Shown in pieces: positions 16,417 to 29,728 of a stretch of 64,000 nt of DNA. The translations under genes and the position numbers were made by a program. Source of the DNA: Octopus sinensis (Eukaryota); NCBI RefSeq assembly GCF_006345805.1, contig NC_042998.1, forward strand, positions 118,978,001 to 119,042,000. The letters are read 5' to 3'. Every line of letters starts with the position of its first letter. Within the stretch, counting starts at the first letter, position 1. Below the pieces are notes generated by a model, which saw only the letters and a list, made by a program, of their open reading frames with translations, was not told the DNA's origin and did no database searches.

Positions 16417-17299
16417 TTATGTATGTATGTATGTATGTATGTGGGTGTTGCTTTAAACCAATACATACACAAACAACCAACATGAATACACATATACAAA
16501 CAAAAATAAACTTTACAAGAATGTTTTCAATAAATATACGGCGACATATGCATATAAGACTGTGAGCCGTCTTACGTAAGTTTACATATAGCAAATATTG
16601 GGCTACACATATTTGGCACTTTACCATTTCTCTGATATCATTATCACTGTCTTTGGCTATATTTAACACATACATTCGAACTATACAGCTGGAACCAAGC
16701 ATAATTACAGATTTTTCAAAATTTGTTCAGTTTTGTTAAAATTCGAGTTACTTAGTCAATTCAGGTTTAAACACAAGCATTTCATATTCATAACACTAGT
16801 TTCTTTCAATAATGAAAAAATTTTCTGTTTATTTTGTAGTTAGTAAATCATTTTAATCATAGTCGGAGTGAACTCTTTCCATAATTGTGGTTCTAATTGA
16901 AACTTCGCATTCCTACTTGTCACATATAAAGGAACTGTGTGCTGAAATGACTTGTTCGTTTTGTATTTGTTTCATCTTTTTAATTTCTGCTTTATCCCAA
17001 TGAACTGCATTTTTTCTCAGTGGAGTTAATTTTTGCATTGTCCAGATCACAAGAACAGCTGGATTACAACTTCTTGCAGGAACTTTGCGATTTATTTGAT
17101 GGAATGAAAAGATAGTTTTAATTATGGAAAATTGCCAATTTGGGGCTTTCAACCATTGTATTATTCTAAGATACTTAAAAAAAAAACATTCTGTGTAATT
17201 TAATGTGTGTATGTGTGTGTATATGTAGAGCGAAAGAGAGAGAGAGTGACATATATGCATGTGTGAGTATGCATACGTATGCATATAGAAGGATGGTGA

Positions 17300-17630
17300 A
17301 AATTAGAATTAAATTATTCCTATACAATGGAATTCTGAAGGCCTGGAATTAATGAATGCTTCGAAGTCGTTTTAAACTTTTCAAGTCGTTTTTTTGTTGA
17401 AGAGCTTCCTTAACAGAAATTTACTCAGATACTTGAAAATTGTAAGTCCATTGGAATAATGGTTGATGACTAAATTCAGGGACATACATTTCTGTAGGCT
17501 CAATATCTGCAGTATCATTTGCGAGGAATATAACCGGACGTTGTCATGATGAAGATTTTCACAGCCAGCAAGCGTTGCAGTGCTTGTTGCATTTTGCCGA
17601 ATTCATAACAACGCTATTCTTCTGTGGTAG
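17300..17630 (-). mobile_element. mariner transposase C-terminal relic
   Basis: Minus translation ENLHHDNVRLYSSQMILQIL..TIFKYLSKFLLRKLF resembles mariner LHHDNARPH..YHFFKHLDNFL. Confidence 0.6.
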
Positions 17631-17713
17631 CTTCAGTTACATTCAAGAAAGATTAGCAGATGAGTCCTGTTGCTGAAGATCAAAGAGTTACTAAACAATT
17701 TTATGTGTGCATC

Positions 17714-17747
<34 letters not shown>

Positions 17748-17750
<3 letters not shown>

Positions 17751-17855
17751 TGAGTGAGTGAGTGAGTGAGTGAGTGAGTGAGTGAATGAGTGAGTGAGTG
17801 AGTGAGTGAGTGAGTGAGTGAGTGAGTGAGTGAGTGGGTGAGTGAGTAGGTGAGT
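17748..17855. repeat. (GAGT)n tetranucleotide microsatellite
   Basis: Direct sequence. Confidence 0.95.
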
Positions 17856-18572
17856 GAAATTTGTTGATGCGTGTGGCAATAGCATCTTCCTTCATGCCTG
17901 TAACTCTGCTCTAATCCCTTTCGTAAAGTGTTGCGCCCCACCGTTAACTGCTTGCTTTGCCCATTCATGTTTCACCTTGCCTTTTAAACGGATTTTCAAC
18001 CTCCCTTCCTCAGAGTTGCTGCCTCCAGCCATTCCATAAATGTCCCGCCCCATTCTTTAGACAGGCTCTTTCAGACCCTGCTGTTCTACGCTAATTGCAC
18101 CAAATCGGGTTTTTGCCCTGCTCTCGAATTTTCTAACATTGCTGTTACATACTTAACGCTACTATTTCTTTAGCTTCAACCAACGTTCTTTCCTAATCAG
18201 AAGCCATTTCACCTGTACAGTAAAAATGGCATTTATTGTCATGAATGCCATTTATTTTGTCTCTGACACACTGGGAAATTGACTGCAGGTTAGCAGATTG
18301 TATCATGGAACACCTACTAGGCATCCACATGTATATATTACACATTGATTCATACGCCACCTCAGCTTACACCAACACACACACACATACACTCGCACAC
18401 ATACTATGTTATATGTGTGTGTGTGTGTCTGTGTGTTTGTGTGTCTGTGTGTGTATAGTTTTTATTACGTTACGCATGCACATAATCATAACTAATAGCT
18501 TCAAATATGTGCTCACAATATATATACTGGTATATACACCCTAATTATATAAGGTCTATACACACACACACG

Positions 18573-18610
<38 letters not shown>

Positions 18611-19394
18611 TGTATGTATGTACGTATTATACCACACATATACAAACACCTACACTTAATGCACACCACCATATAGACACAGTATTTTATTGCATTCATC
18701 CTCTTCCTCTGACCACAACACAATCTGTACATTCACAAACTACACATTCATACATTTCACCTGCGTTCATACCATTCACTCATGCATCTGCTGAAACGCT
18801 ACATCTCATAAACAGACAAACGCACGCACACACGTACACGTAGACACACACATACGAACATACACAAACACAAACACACGCAGAGTTTAGGAAACTTACT
18901 AAAAGACAATGTGTTAATTACCTGGACAATTAGTCGTATATGATATTGGCGATAAACATAGTGATTTATAGTTCAACAGTGATAAATATATACCTTAACT
19001 GAAGCACACATAGGCGGACATTCAGCTTATTATGCTGGTCTACGAACTGACCAAAGCGTATACAATTACAACCGTTAACCTTTGATATAAGCAAACAGAT
19101 GAAGTCTCGTATATGTGTATAGAATTTGGTACGTGTGAGAGATGACATGCGAGTATGTGAGTGCATATGTGTCTGTATAAATGTATGTCTGCCATGTGTT
19201 CAATGTCATAGGAACTTAATGTCTTGATGGCCTTGTAAGGACATCGCTGTGACATACGATGTATCATTAGGGAACGTATTACCTCTCCAAATTTGACCTC
19301 AATCCATTTTCCAGTTGATGAGGATTAACCGCTACAAACACTTACACAAGTAAGCACATACGTGCGTGTGCATATACATATATATATATATATA

Positions 19395-19443
<49 letters not shown>

Positions 19444-19745
19444 TATATCATATATGATATATCATATATCATATATTAGGCAGTGAGCACAAAAACTGAA
19501 CAGCATGAAGGATCTTTTTTAACCAATGTTTTATCAGTGAATTAAAAGAATGGAAAATAGTGGTGAGAAGAGAAGGAGTGCAAAAAGAGCAAAATGAGTC
19601 CAATGCAATTTAGGAAACTGTTCCGAGTTTAAGACGTCCTGGTATGCGCTAAAAATTTTATTCCAAGCAATGAACACAAAATGAAGACAACTAAGATGGG
19701 ATAAGTCTAAACATATGTAACAGTTTAATACTTAACGAAAAAGAG

Positions 19746-19782
19746 TGTCGACGTTTCGGACGCTAGTACTTCATCATAAGAA
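19746..19782 (-). ncRNA. Decayed minimal hammerhead
   Basis: Reverse complement ATGATGA-A-GTAC(tagc)GTCC-GAAA-CG-T-C; C3 mutated, one stem II mismatch, stem I lost. Confidence 0.45.
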
Positions 19783-20985
19783 AATGAAAGAATGAGAATA
19801 TTTAATTGGAACATATATATATAAGCTTGTATTTACGTACATATACATTCATATATATATGCATGTATGAGTGTATACTTATTTATTATATATATATACA
19901 TTAGTACATATTTTTTACTATTTTAAATTGACACGAGTTATAAACTGACTCATGGAACATGTACTCTCAACAGTTGAATCACTTTGTAATTTCTACCAAT
20001 TATAAATAATAGTGTGTCTGTATGTATGTTTAAATGTTTACACATGTACATACATATATTTACACGCTGAGCTTGATATAGTATATTACAATAATGACTG
20101 GTGCATACTAGGTGCACGAACAATATAAACCTCGACACATTATATACTATTTAAGAGTTACATAGATGAAAACAATACAAACACACCCCTATACAAGACG
20201 TGCACACAGTCAATTATACGCTCCCTTACGCATTTAGCTTACGTTCCCTAATTCTGCTTCAGTCCATTTACACTCTCTCATTCTCAGATGCTCACTTTCT
20301 AGCTTGCTACCACACTCTTTCTTTCACTCTCTCTCCCACTGCTCCCTCTACCCCTCACTTTCACTATAATTCAGAATTTGCCGGCACTTCAAGACTACCA
20401 ATTCCGATAGCTATTTACCTATTTACACCAAGACTGCAATATAAACACGTCGTAATTTTGGCATCATCCCAATTTCTACTTCTCTTTCTCTGATTTCCTT
20501 TACTTTTCTTGCATAGAGGGTTTAGCTAGTGCATTAGTTACTGTTTTTTATTATTTTCATTTGGCTTATTTATTTTTATGATATGCATTTTTTACTGTTG
20601 CAGATTCGTTTCATCTCTCTATCCTATTTTTCCATCGCCTATTTTATATTCATATCTTCATATATTATCTGTTTGATTTTTAACCTCGTTATCTACCTCG
20701 TTTTAGTATTCTGCTTTTTACTTACTATATTCTCTGCACCATTACTGTTCGATACTATCGTATACGTATACTTAACACACACACACTAACTGGTAAATAT
20801 GTGTGTTCACATAATTTTATATCATAAAGAGTAATAGATACTTATAAGATGTTTCCTGTGGCTGTGAAAGGAGCTGCACGGTGAATTTATAAGTTAACTA
20901 CAGCTTCTAGGGCATCAACTATATGTATCTACTCTATATTTTATATCGAGTTGTGCTCTTGATAATGGCTATACACAGAATATCC

Positions 20986-21070
<85 letters not shown>

Positions 21071-21073
21071 TAC

Positions 21074-21111
<38 letters not shown>

Positions 21112-21187
21112 TTTGTATCGTCTTCTAAATGTTTTACGTTCTTGTCCCAGTTTGTATTTTTCTACATATAATATATATATATATAAT

Positions 21188-21344
21188 AGGAGTCGCGCTG
21201 TGGTAAGTAGCTTGCTTACGAACCACATGGCTCCGGGTTCAGTCCCACTGCGTGGCACATTGGGCAAGTGTCTTCTACTATGGCCTCGGGTCGAACAAAG
21301 CCTTGTGAGTGGATTTGGTAGAAACTGAAAGAAGCTCGTCGTAT
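21188..21344 (+). mobile_element. tRNA-derived SINE family B, 5' half
   Basis: A-box-like gctgtggtaagtagc, B-box-like gggttcagtcc, then ttgggcaagtgtcttctactat; same as the head of the 54891-55303 copy. Confidence 0.85.
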
Positions 21345-21476
21345 GCATGTATATATATATTAATAAAAGGAATTCCAACCTTGTCTGATTTTCACCTTTT
21401 ATTTACAATCTTATAATGATATAAGATAATATAATATAATAAAATAAAATAATAGAATGTTAAATGTTCATTCTGA

Positions 21477-21523
21477 ATGAACTAGTACTTTCATGCATTA
21501 AATTCTGCAATCTTCAGGTTCAT
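21477..21523 (-). ncRNA. Minimal type I hammerhead ribozyme (canonical core)
   Basis: Reverse complement ATGAAC-CTGAAGA-T-TGCA(gaatttaa)TGCA-T-GAAA-GTAC-T-A-GTTCAT: 6-bp stem I, palindromic AGTACT, CUA site. Confidence 0.8.
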
Positions 21524-21935
21524 GTAGTAGTGGTGACAGACATGATTGAACTGTGCCTTAAATACAGCTGTGTAGGCTCCAGATTGCTAGGTTTTGCAAA
21601 CTGTATTCTGACCAATCAGTGTGTAGTATCACTCAATTACTTAAGCTGATTGGTTGGTTGAGCTGATTGGTTTAGGCGTCACGCTTTGTTGGACATGTCA
21701 AGAGTCCTGTATCTTAACCCAGGCCAAGGCAGCAATTGTTGGGCTATTTTTAGAAATGTTGTAAATAGCCTTTGTCAGAGATTTTTATAAATTTTTATAT
21801 TTCAATTGTCATTATCATCATTGTCAGCACCTTAATTATTGTTGCTAGTGGTGATGGTGGTGGCAATAGAACTTTTAACCCTAAATAAGATAATTTTCCA
21901 GCTATCTAAGTATTATTATTATTGCTTATTTAGCA

Positions 21936-21979
<44 letters not shown>

Positions 21980-22318
21980 TTGTGTGTGTGTGTGTGTGTG
22001 TGTGTGTCTATCTTTGTGTGTCTGTGTTTGTTCTCCCAATATAGCTTTCAGTGTTGCTTTCAGTTGTTCCTTGTATCTTCGATGAGAATAATCCCGCGTT
22101 TTTCTTTTTTTCCTGAACAGAGCTCACTGAATAAGACTTGGTGTAGGGGCATCGACACTTCTATTCCTGGTACATATCCTGACCATTGAAGACAGCGTTT
22201 CATGTTTAGCGATTTGATACCTTTCCAGGACTCTGTTGTTAGTCACATAGTGTTCCCATTTAATGCTCAAATATATGTGTGTGAGTGCGTGTGTGTGTGA
22301 GTGCGTGTGTGTGTGTGT

Positions 22319-22367
<49 letters not shown>

Positions 22368-22644
22368 TAGATCAGGATTCAAGTGAGTTATGCACTTACA
22401 TGTATGTGTACACTACAAAAATATAGGAATAGATACTCGGGTACTGAAGTAGAGGCAGGAATATATTCAGGTTATGTATGCGATCAACGGCACCCGACTA
22501 AATATATCAATAGCTCTGAAGCTAATTAAGAAACGCACATTGCACTAAATGTACGGTTCGTAATATATTTCGGATATACGCAAGGAAAAGATTCCGAAAT
22601 AGATGAATGATAAATAAATAACAACAGATGGATAAATTGTCAAT

Positions 22645-22725
22645 TCACTACAGATGTTTCCAACGGATATTTAATTGATTAATTGAGACGTTACATGATT
22701 ATAAAAGACCGTTTTCATCAGGTGA
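22645..22725 (-). ncRNA. Type I hammerhead ribozyme with long loop II
   Basis: Reverse complement TCAC-CTGATGA-A-AACGG(~40 nt)CCGTT-G-GAAA-CATCTG-T-A-GTGA; GUA site. Confidence 0.7.
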
Positions 22726-23167
22726 GTACATGAACCACAACATTCAAACATATCCGAAAGTCAAGGGCATGAGCACCATATTGATTCTATAAACCTTGCT
22801 GATCAGTTTGGTAGTATTATAGGAGAAAATGATGTGATGTCATGTGTGAGTAGGTGGGGTAACGAAGATTTATAGCCATGAAGAAGGTTAGAGAATAAGG
22901 TGGAGGGGAATCATATATATTTATATATATATCGTATCTATTATGCAAAAGTGTCGTAAATCCAAAATGTTTTTCAGAAAACGAAAAATTAGTTTCATTA
23001 TTCCATAGCAAAACCGTTATACTACACTTTGACAATCTTTGATATCTTGGCATCTGAAACAGCTGGAGATACGATTATTTAACCAAAAGATTATTGCAAG
23101 CAAAAATAACATTAGAAAAAACGCATTTGGCCAAATTTGGACATACGACATTTTAACATAATAGCAA

Positions 23168-23228
<61 letters not shown>

Positions 23229-23252
23229 CAAATATATATAATATATACATTC

Positions 23253-23325
<73 letters not shown>

Positions 23326-23443
23326 GCAGGCACACATGCATATATTATATGTGTATATATATGTGTGCAGCACACGCACATACATTATTTGTGTGAATAT
23401 TTGTATGTACGTGTATAATTGTGTGTATGTGTGAGTGTGTGTT

Positions 23444-23508
<65 letters not shown>

Positions 23509-24070
23509 ATGTTAGTGTATGTGTTTGTGTGTTTGTGTTTGTATTTACAAAATCAACGTATTGTAATCGCCGATATGAACGCTGATAGAAGATTGTGTAG
23601 AAAATTAGCCATGTTTAAGATATGGAAATGTTAGCTCAGAAATCTTTTATTAATCCAGTTAGTTTGTCTTAAAAACTCTTTTAGATTGGTGTTGCAAAAT
23701 AAGATAAAGATTATCTGTCAAATCTTTTAAAGTCTAGAAATTTTGTGTGTGAAATTGGAATTACCACGTATGAGGAACAGTAGGAACTGGTGGTGAAATA
23801 TATCTCAAACGTCTTCCGTGTCTGCGTTCGACGACATTTGAACAAGCGGTTTTTAGGTCGAGACCACGAATTATACAACTGTGGATATAGCGATGATATT
23901 CATACGAATTACTATCATAATTTATCGAAATATTTCGAGTGTTTTTAAGTCCGAGTTGTGATAAACTAAAACCCTTCCTTATTATGTTTAAAAGGTACTG
24001 CTTCATGCAAGTGAAAATACTGAATACGAGTAAAAGCTATGCTTATATTCCATATCTATCTATCTATCTA

Positions 24071-24104
<34 letters not shown>

Positions 24105-24495
24105 ACACTTATGTCCAAAGTATATAAACAATACAATAAATAAAACATATAGATCAATTCTTAATATATGTTCTATACACACTCACATACGCAAACCAAA
24201 CACACAAACAAGTGTGTCTGTGTCTATGTGTATCTCTGTATGTGTTTCTGTGTGTAGATAGATAGATAGATGCGCATGTATGCATGCATGGGTGTATATG
24301 TGTGGAAACTACTGTATAAAAGACGACAGTTTAGGCATAAAACATGTTGGCTGAAAGTCAAGAAATTCTAGTGCAGTTCAGGTTCAGGCAAAAATATTTT
24401 TCCCAACTATAAACAGAACAGGTCTCTTCATATATTTAATCATTGAGTAACCATATAAGCACTGTATTACCTCGGGAATAGAGAGAGAGAGAGAG

Positions 24496-24530
<35 letters not shown>

Positions 24531-24728
24531 TACACACATACACACGCACATGCGCACACATATATATATATATAGATGGATAAAGGAAAAGACAAAAACG
24601 TGCATACATACTTACACACACATATATACATATATATATATATATATCAACATGTATGTGTTTGTGTATATACATACGCATACATACATAAATACATACA
24701 TACACACATACATATATATATATATGCA

Positions 24729-24810
<82 letters not shown>

Positions 24811-25325
24811 GATGATGATGATGATGATAACGCGAGAAAGATAATATAATCGAGAAAAGGAAACACAGCCAGAGAGTAACATTAGAAAGTTTTCTAATAA
24901 ATATATTTAGAAAGTCAAATATTAAGTAAACAATTAATCAGAGAAGAATCGCCTCTAAGAATAAAAAATATAATAATTCATACACAGACCCACACCATCT
25001 TATTTGCACTCAGCATCTAAACGTATACGTAAAAATGAACATTGAAAGAATGTACGCAAAGAATGTAGAATGAACACTGATATTATGCACATTCTTAACT
25101 CCAATGATTATTCTACAATATTAAAGACTATCAATCAAAACGTCAATAACTCTCGAAATATGATAGTTCTATTTATCGTTCGAGTACAACTGCCAAGAAC
25201 TGAACACAATTCGCTAAACCCCAATGGAAAAAAATATGATCAGTTTTTCAACAAGATTCATCTCGATGAATACTGCTTATGAGCAAAATCATAGAATATT
25301 TAATCAAAATTATATAAGAACACAC

Positions 25326-25396
<71 letters not shown>

Positions 25397-25448
25397 ATGT
25401 GCTTATGTTTCTATATGTGTACGTAGAAATAAATATAAGTTTAGTCAG

Positions 25449-25510
<62 letters not shown>

Positions 25511-25979
25511 TTATGCACTTACATATAAACGTTGATATATGAATAAAAAAGAATATGAGGGAGTGCACGTGTGAGTGTGTGGGGGGTTGAATATGTGATA
25601 AATCATCATATTTGACACGTGTGTATACTCAGAAGCCAATCGATGAAAAAGTGTGTATAAAGAAAAGCAGATGTTGGGGAAAGGTAACCTAGAACTTGGT
25701 CGAGAATGCATCTAAAGAGTCGGGGTTTGCATCGAGGAGACTTATTGAACAAATGACACATTGCATCGCGTAATGAAATGGAAAGAGGAAACGTCAATTC
25801 ACAGAATGGTATATTGTCTGTTATTATGAGTTTTACCATAAGTCGGCTTCATAATTTATATTTGATCTTCGATATGATTAAACGAATTTAGAAAAAAGTT
25901 TCGGAAATATTACGAAAGAAACAGAAAATATTATTTCTGAATTATTGATGAGAATGCATCGTGACCACATAAAGCTAGA

Positions 25980-26040
<61 letters not shown>

Positions 26041-26201
26041 ATATATATTATATAGCCTTTAAGTTTGTTTACCGGAAACGTTTTTGAGTACTCACACAAT
26101 AGCTCCTATTCTATTGTGCAGGCTACTGCCTAGTAATTCCGACTTACATCAGCAATTTTATTGGATAGTACCGAGTTGTATCGATATAATTTAGGATAAA
26201 T

Positions 26202-26205
<4 letters not shown>

Positions 26206-26277
<72 letters not shown>

Positions 26278-26284
26278 TAATAAT
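26206..26284. repeat. (TAA)n array abutting the R4/Dong 5' end
   Basis: Direct sequence. Confidence 0.95.
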
Positions 26285-29200
26285 AAATGTCCTGATTAAT
26301 GATACATCTAGTAATACACTGAGTGTAATAAAAAAACAAAATATTGTGACAATAAAAAAACAAAATATTGTGAATAACGGTGGTAATGAAACTGAAGCCA
26401 TTAATGGTGACAGGGTTGCACCCGGCAGCCTCATAATTTCTGGTCCGGTTCCAGCGTGTCGATATCCAGAAAGAGACCACTACACACGGTGTAGATAGAG
26501 CAGGCAAATTAATGCTGTGGTCATGGAGTGTTACTACCTGAGCAACCCGGTAGATTAAAATGGTGCTCAAATAAGGGGAACAGGGATAGTTTCAACTCTC
26601 AGAACAGAGACTATGTTATTAAACTAGAACAATAAGAAAAAATTGTTGGTTCACAGAAGTAGAGTTCCAAACTATCAAAAGACGGTTCTTGGAAAATAGC
26701 AGCAGAGATAACAATAAAAATAGATTCGTGCTGCATCTCTATAAAAATAAAGTTCTTACTAATAGAAGTAATCACATAGCACAGAAAAGGAGCAGTAGTA
26801 GTTTACATGATGCGAGACATATAGATGATATAAAAGAAGACAATAAAACTATTGCCGAAATGACAGATGAACGAAAGGCAATCTACGACAGAATAAAGGA
26901 GGTACCAGAGGAGAACGATAACGACATCATTTGCAACCTAAAAACGTTCATCGGTGAAAATTGAACCAAGAAACGAACGATGTCAATGAAATTCTGAAAT
27001 ACATCAGAACAAACAACATTACAGAAATAAATAATTTGATCAAGGCAGCAAGTATTGTTGTAGCAGAAAACGTGGGTGTTGATGTGAAGAAAAAGAAATA
27101 TAATGGGCATGACAAAAGAAAAGATCCATGGTGGAAAAGAAGAATACAAGCAGGGTTATTTTATGATCTCAAAAGAAATTTCTGTGTTAGACCGAAAGCA
27201 GAAAGAGGAGCTTAAAAGCGAACAAAAATACAGGCTCTGAAAAGAAAGTATAATATTGAAAGAATGGGATGCAAGTGATAATGGAGGAACTGAAACAGCG
27301 CCTCGTTGCAAAGAAAGCAAAAATGGTAAGATGCAACCAAAGAATGAAAGGTTATCACCAGATTAGGTTATTTAGAGTAGATCAGAAGAGATTATATACA
27401 GAAATAAATTGAGAGTGTACAGATGAATAGTTGATACCAGATAACATTGAAAGTCAAAGGTTTTGAAGTGACATCTGTAGCAAAGTCAAGTAACACAAGA
27501 AGGATGCTGAATGGTTGCAAGAACTGAAACAAATAGTAGTCTGACCCAGACATTTCAGTAAGGAAATTGGAGGAAATCAGCAAAGAAATGAGCAACTGGA
27601 AGGCCCTGGGATCAGATGGAGTAGAACGCTACTGAATCAAATCATTTGGTGAATGTCATGCACAAATAGCTGCGCAACTCAACACCTTGCTAAATACCTA
27701 TTTCTTTACTAGCCACAAGGGGCTAAACACAGAGAGGACAGACAATGAGATTAATTCGATTACATCGACCCCAGTGCGTAACTGGTACTTAATTTATCGA
27801 CCCCGAAAGGATGAAAGGCAAAGTCGACCTCGGCGGAATTTGAACTCAGAACGTAACGGCAGACGAAATACGGCTACGCATTTCGTCCGGCGTGCTAACG
27901 TCCGGCGTGCTAACGTTTCCGCCTTGTTAAATACCGACCAAGTAACACCAGCGTGGTTGACGTTGGGTAGGACAGTGCTGTGCTTGAAAAGCATCGAAAA
28001 AGGCAATACGGTAGACAATTACATGCCGATATCCTGTTTGCCACTTATGTGGGTGTTAATGACTGGAATAATCGCAAAATCAATGTACGAACATCTGGAA
28101 AAAAATGGAGTCCTGCCACATGAGCAGAAGGTTTGCAAGCGTAAGTGCAGAGGTACCAAGGATCAACTCCTAATAGATAAAACTGTACTTGGAGACTGCA
28201 AGAGGAAGAAAAGTAACGTAGCCATGTCATGGATCGACTATCGTAAAGCGTTCGATATGATCCCACATTCTTGGATTATGGAGTGTAAGAACTCACTTGG
28301 TATTGCATCGAATGTTGAGCGATTGCTTGAAAAATGTATTGCAAATTGGAGGACGGACCTGACAGCATACGGAAGAAGTTTAGGGATAGGAGAAATTAGG
28401 AGGGGCATCGTCCAAGGGGACTGCCTGTCCCCACTGATCTTTGTACTGTACTTGATACTACTAACACTGATTCTGAGGAAAGCAAAAGCCGCTAACAAAA
28501 AGTCAACCATTTTTTATTCATGGATGGCCTCAAACTTCATGGTAAAGATGAAGCCGAAGTCGAAATTAAATGGACGGAATAAGATTGAAGCTATCAACAC
28601 CTGGGTGATTTCACTTCTTAGATATGGAGCAGGGTTAATCGCATGGGCATTAGACGAAATAACAGCTTAGACAGAAAGACAAGGAAGTTGCTAACTAGAT
28701 ATGGGTCACTCCACCCAAAAAGGGACACAGACAGACTGTATGTTCCAAGAAAAAGAGGGGGAAGAGGACTTATTGGATGTTAACATAGCATTGGAGCAAA
28801 AAAGAAACAACATAACATGTAACAAAAATGCCATCGAACCGCTATTATTAGAAGTAAGAAGGAAAGGCCTGTGTAGGATGAAAGATTGCAAAGTAAAAGC
28901 ACTGTACAAGCAATTAAAAATGTATGAAACTGAAAAAGGTGGGTAAAGAAAAGAATGCATGGACAATTTCATCGGGATGTTGAATATAAGACAGAGAAAA
29001 AAGATGGCTGTGGATGACTAAATGTGATTTAAAACTGGAAACGGAGGCTCTAATCCGCGCTGCCCAAGAGCAAACACGAACAAACTACATAAAATACAGA
29101 ATAGACAACACATCAGAAAGGATAAGTGCAGAATCTGTGGACGAAATGCTGAAACCGTATGGCATATTACCAGCCAATGTACGCCACTAGCTCTGAAGGA

Positions 29201-29728
29201 ATATAAGAGACGCCACGACAACATAGCAAGACTTGTGCATTGGACCCTTTGCTATAGGTATGGACTTGACAGAGCAAAAAATTGGCACGACCACAAACCC
29301 GAATCCATCATCGAAAATGATAATGCAAAGATCCTGTGGTATTTTATGATTCAGTGCAACCATAAGATAGAGAATAGGAAGCCAGACATAGTCTTAATTG
29401 AGAAAGAGACCAAACTATGCGGAATCATAGATATAACATGCCCAGCTGACAACATGGTGTGCGATAAGGAAGAAAGAAAAGTTGAGAGATATGACAGGTT
29501 AGCTTGGGATGTTAAGCAGATGTGGTCGATGAAAAAGATGGTACCAATAATCGTCGGAACCCTTGGAACAGCGAGCAAAAATCTCGAGAAGTACGGGTAA
29601 CAAATAGAGACTGCAATAAGGTTGGGGCACTTGCAAAAAAACAGCAATGCTTGGAACCGCTCGAATACTCCGGTAGGTGCTCGATAAATAAGAGGTGTAA
29701 CCTTAGTTCACCGGTAGTGAACAGCTGA
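26285..29728 (+). mobile_element. R4/Dong-clade RLE non-LTR retrotransposon, near full length, decayed
   Basis: N-terminal VMECYYLSNP; [51 protein letters not shown]; CCHC CRICGRNAETVWHITSQC, RRHDN; RLE KPDIV..IIDITCP..K. Multiple stops and an internal deletion near 28558. Confidence 0.93.
27699..27921 (-). mobile_element. tRNA-derived SINE family A inserted in the R4/Dong element, with TSD
   Basis: Reverse complement has B-box-like gagttcaaattcc and ttcatcctttcggggtcgataaattaagtaccag; flanked by ccttgctaaatacc (27685-27698) and ccttgttaaatacc (27922-27935). Confidence 0.9.

Noticed and set aside
17855-18300. Higher-GC, coding-like segment
   Set aside because: Stops interrupt the longer frames and there is no recognisable motif; probably a decayed element, unassigned.
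20838-20930. Possible hammerhead remnant with gatac..gtatc stem
   Set aside because: Core too degenerate to support.
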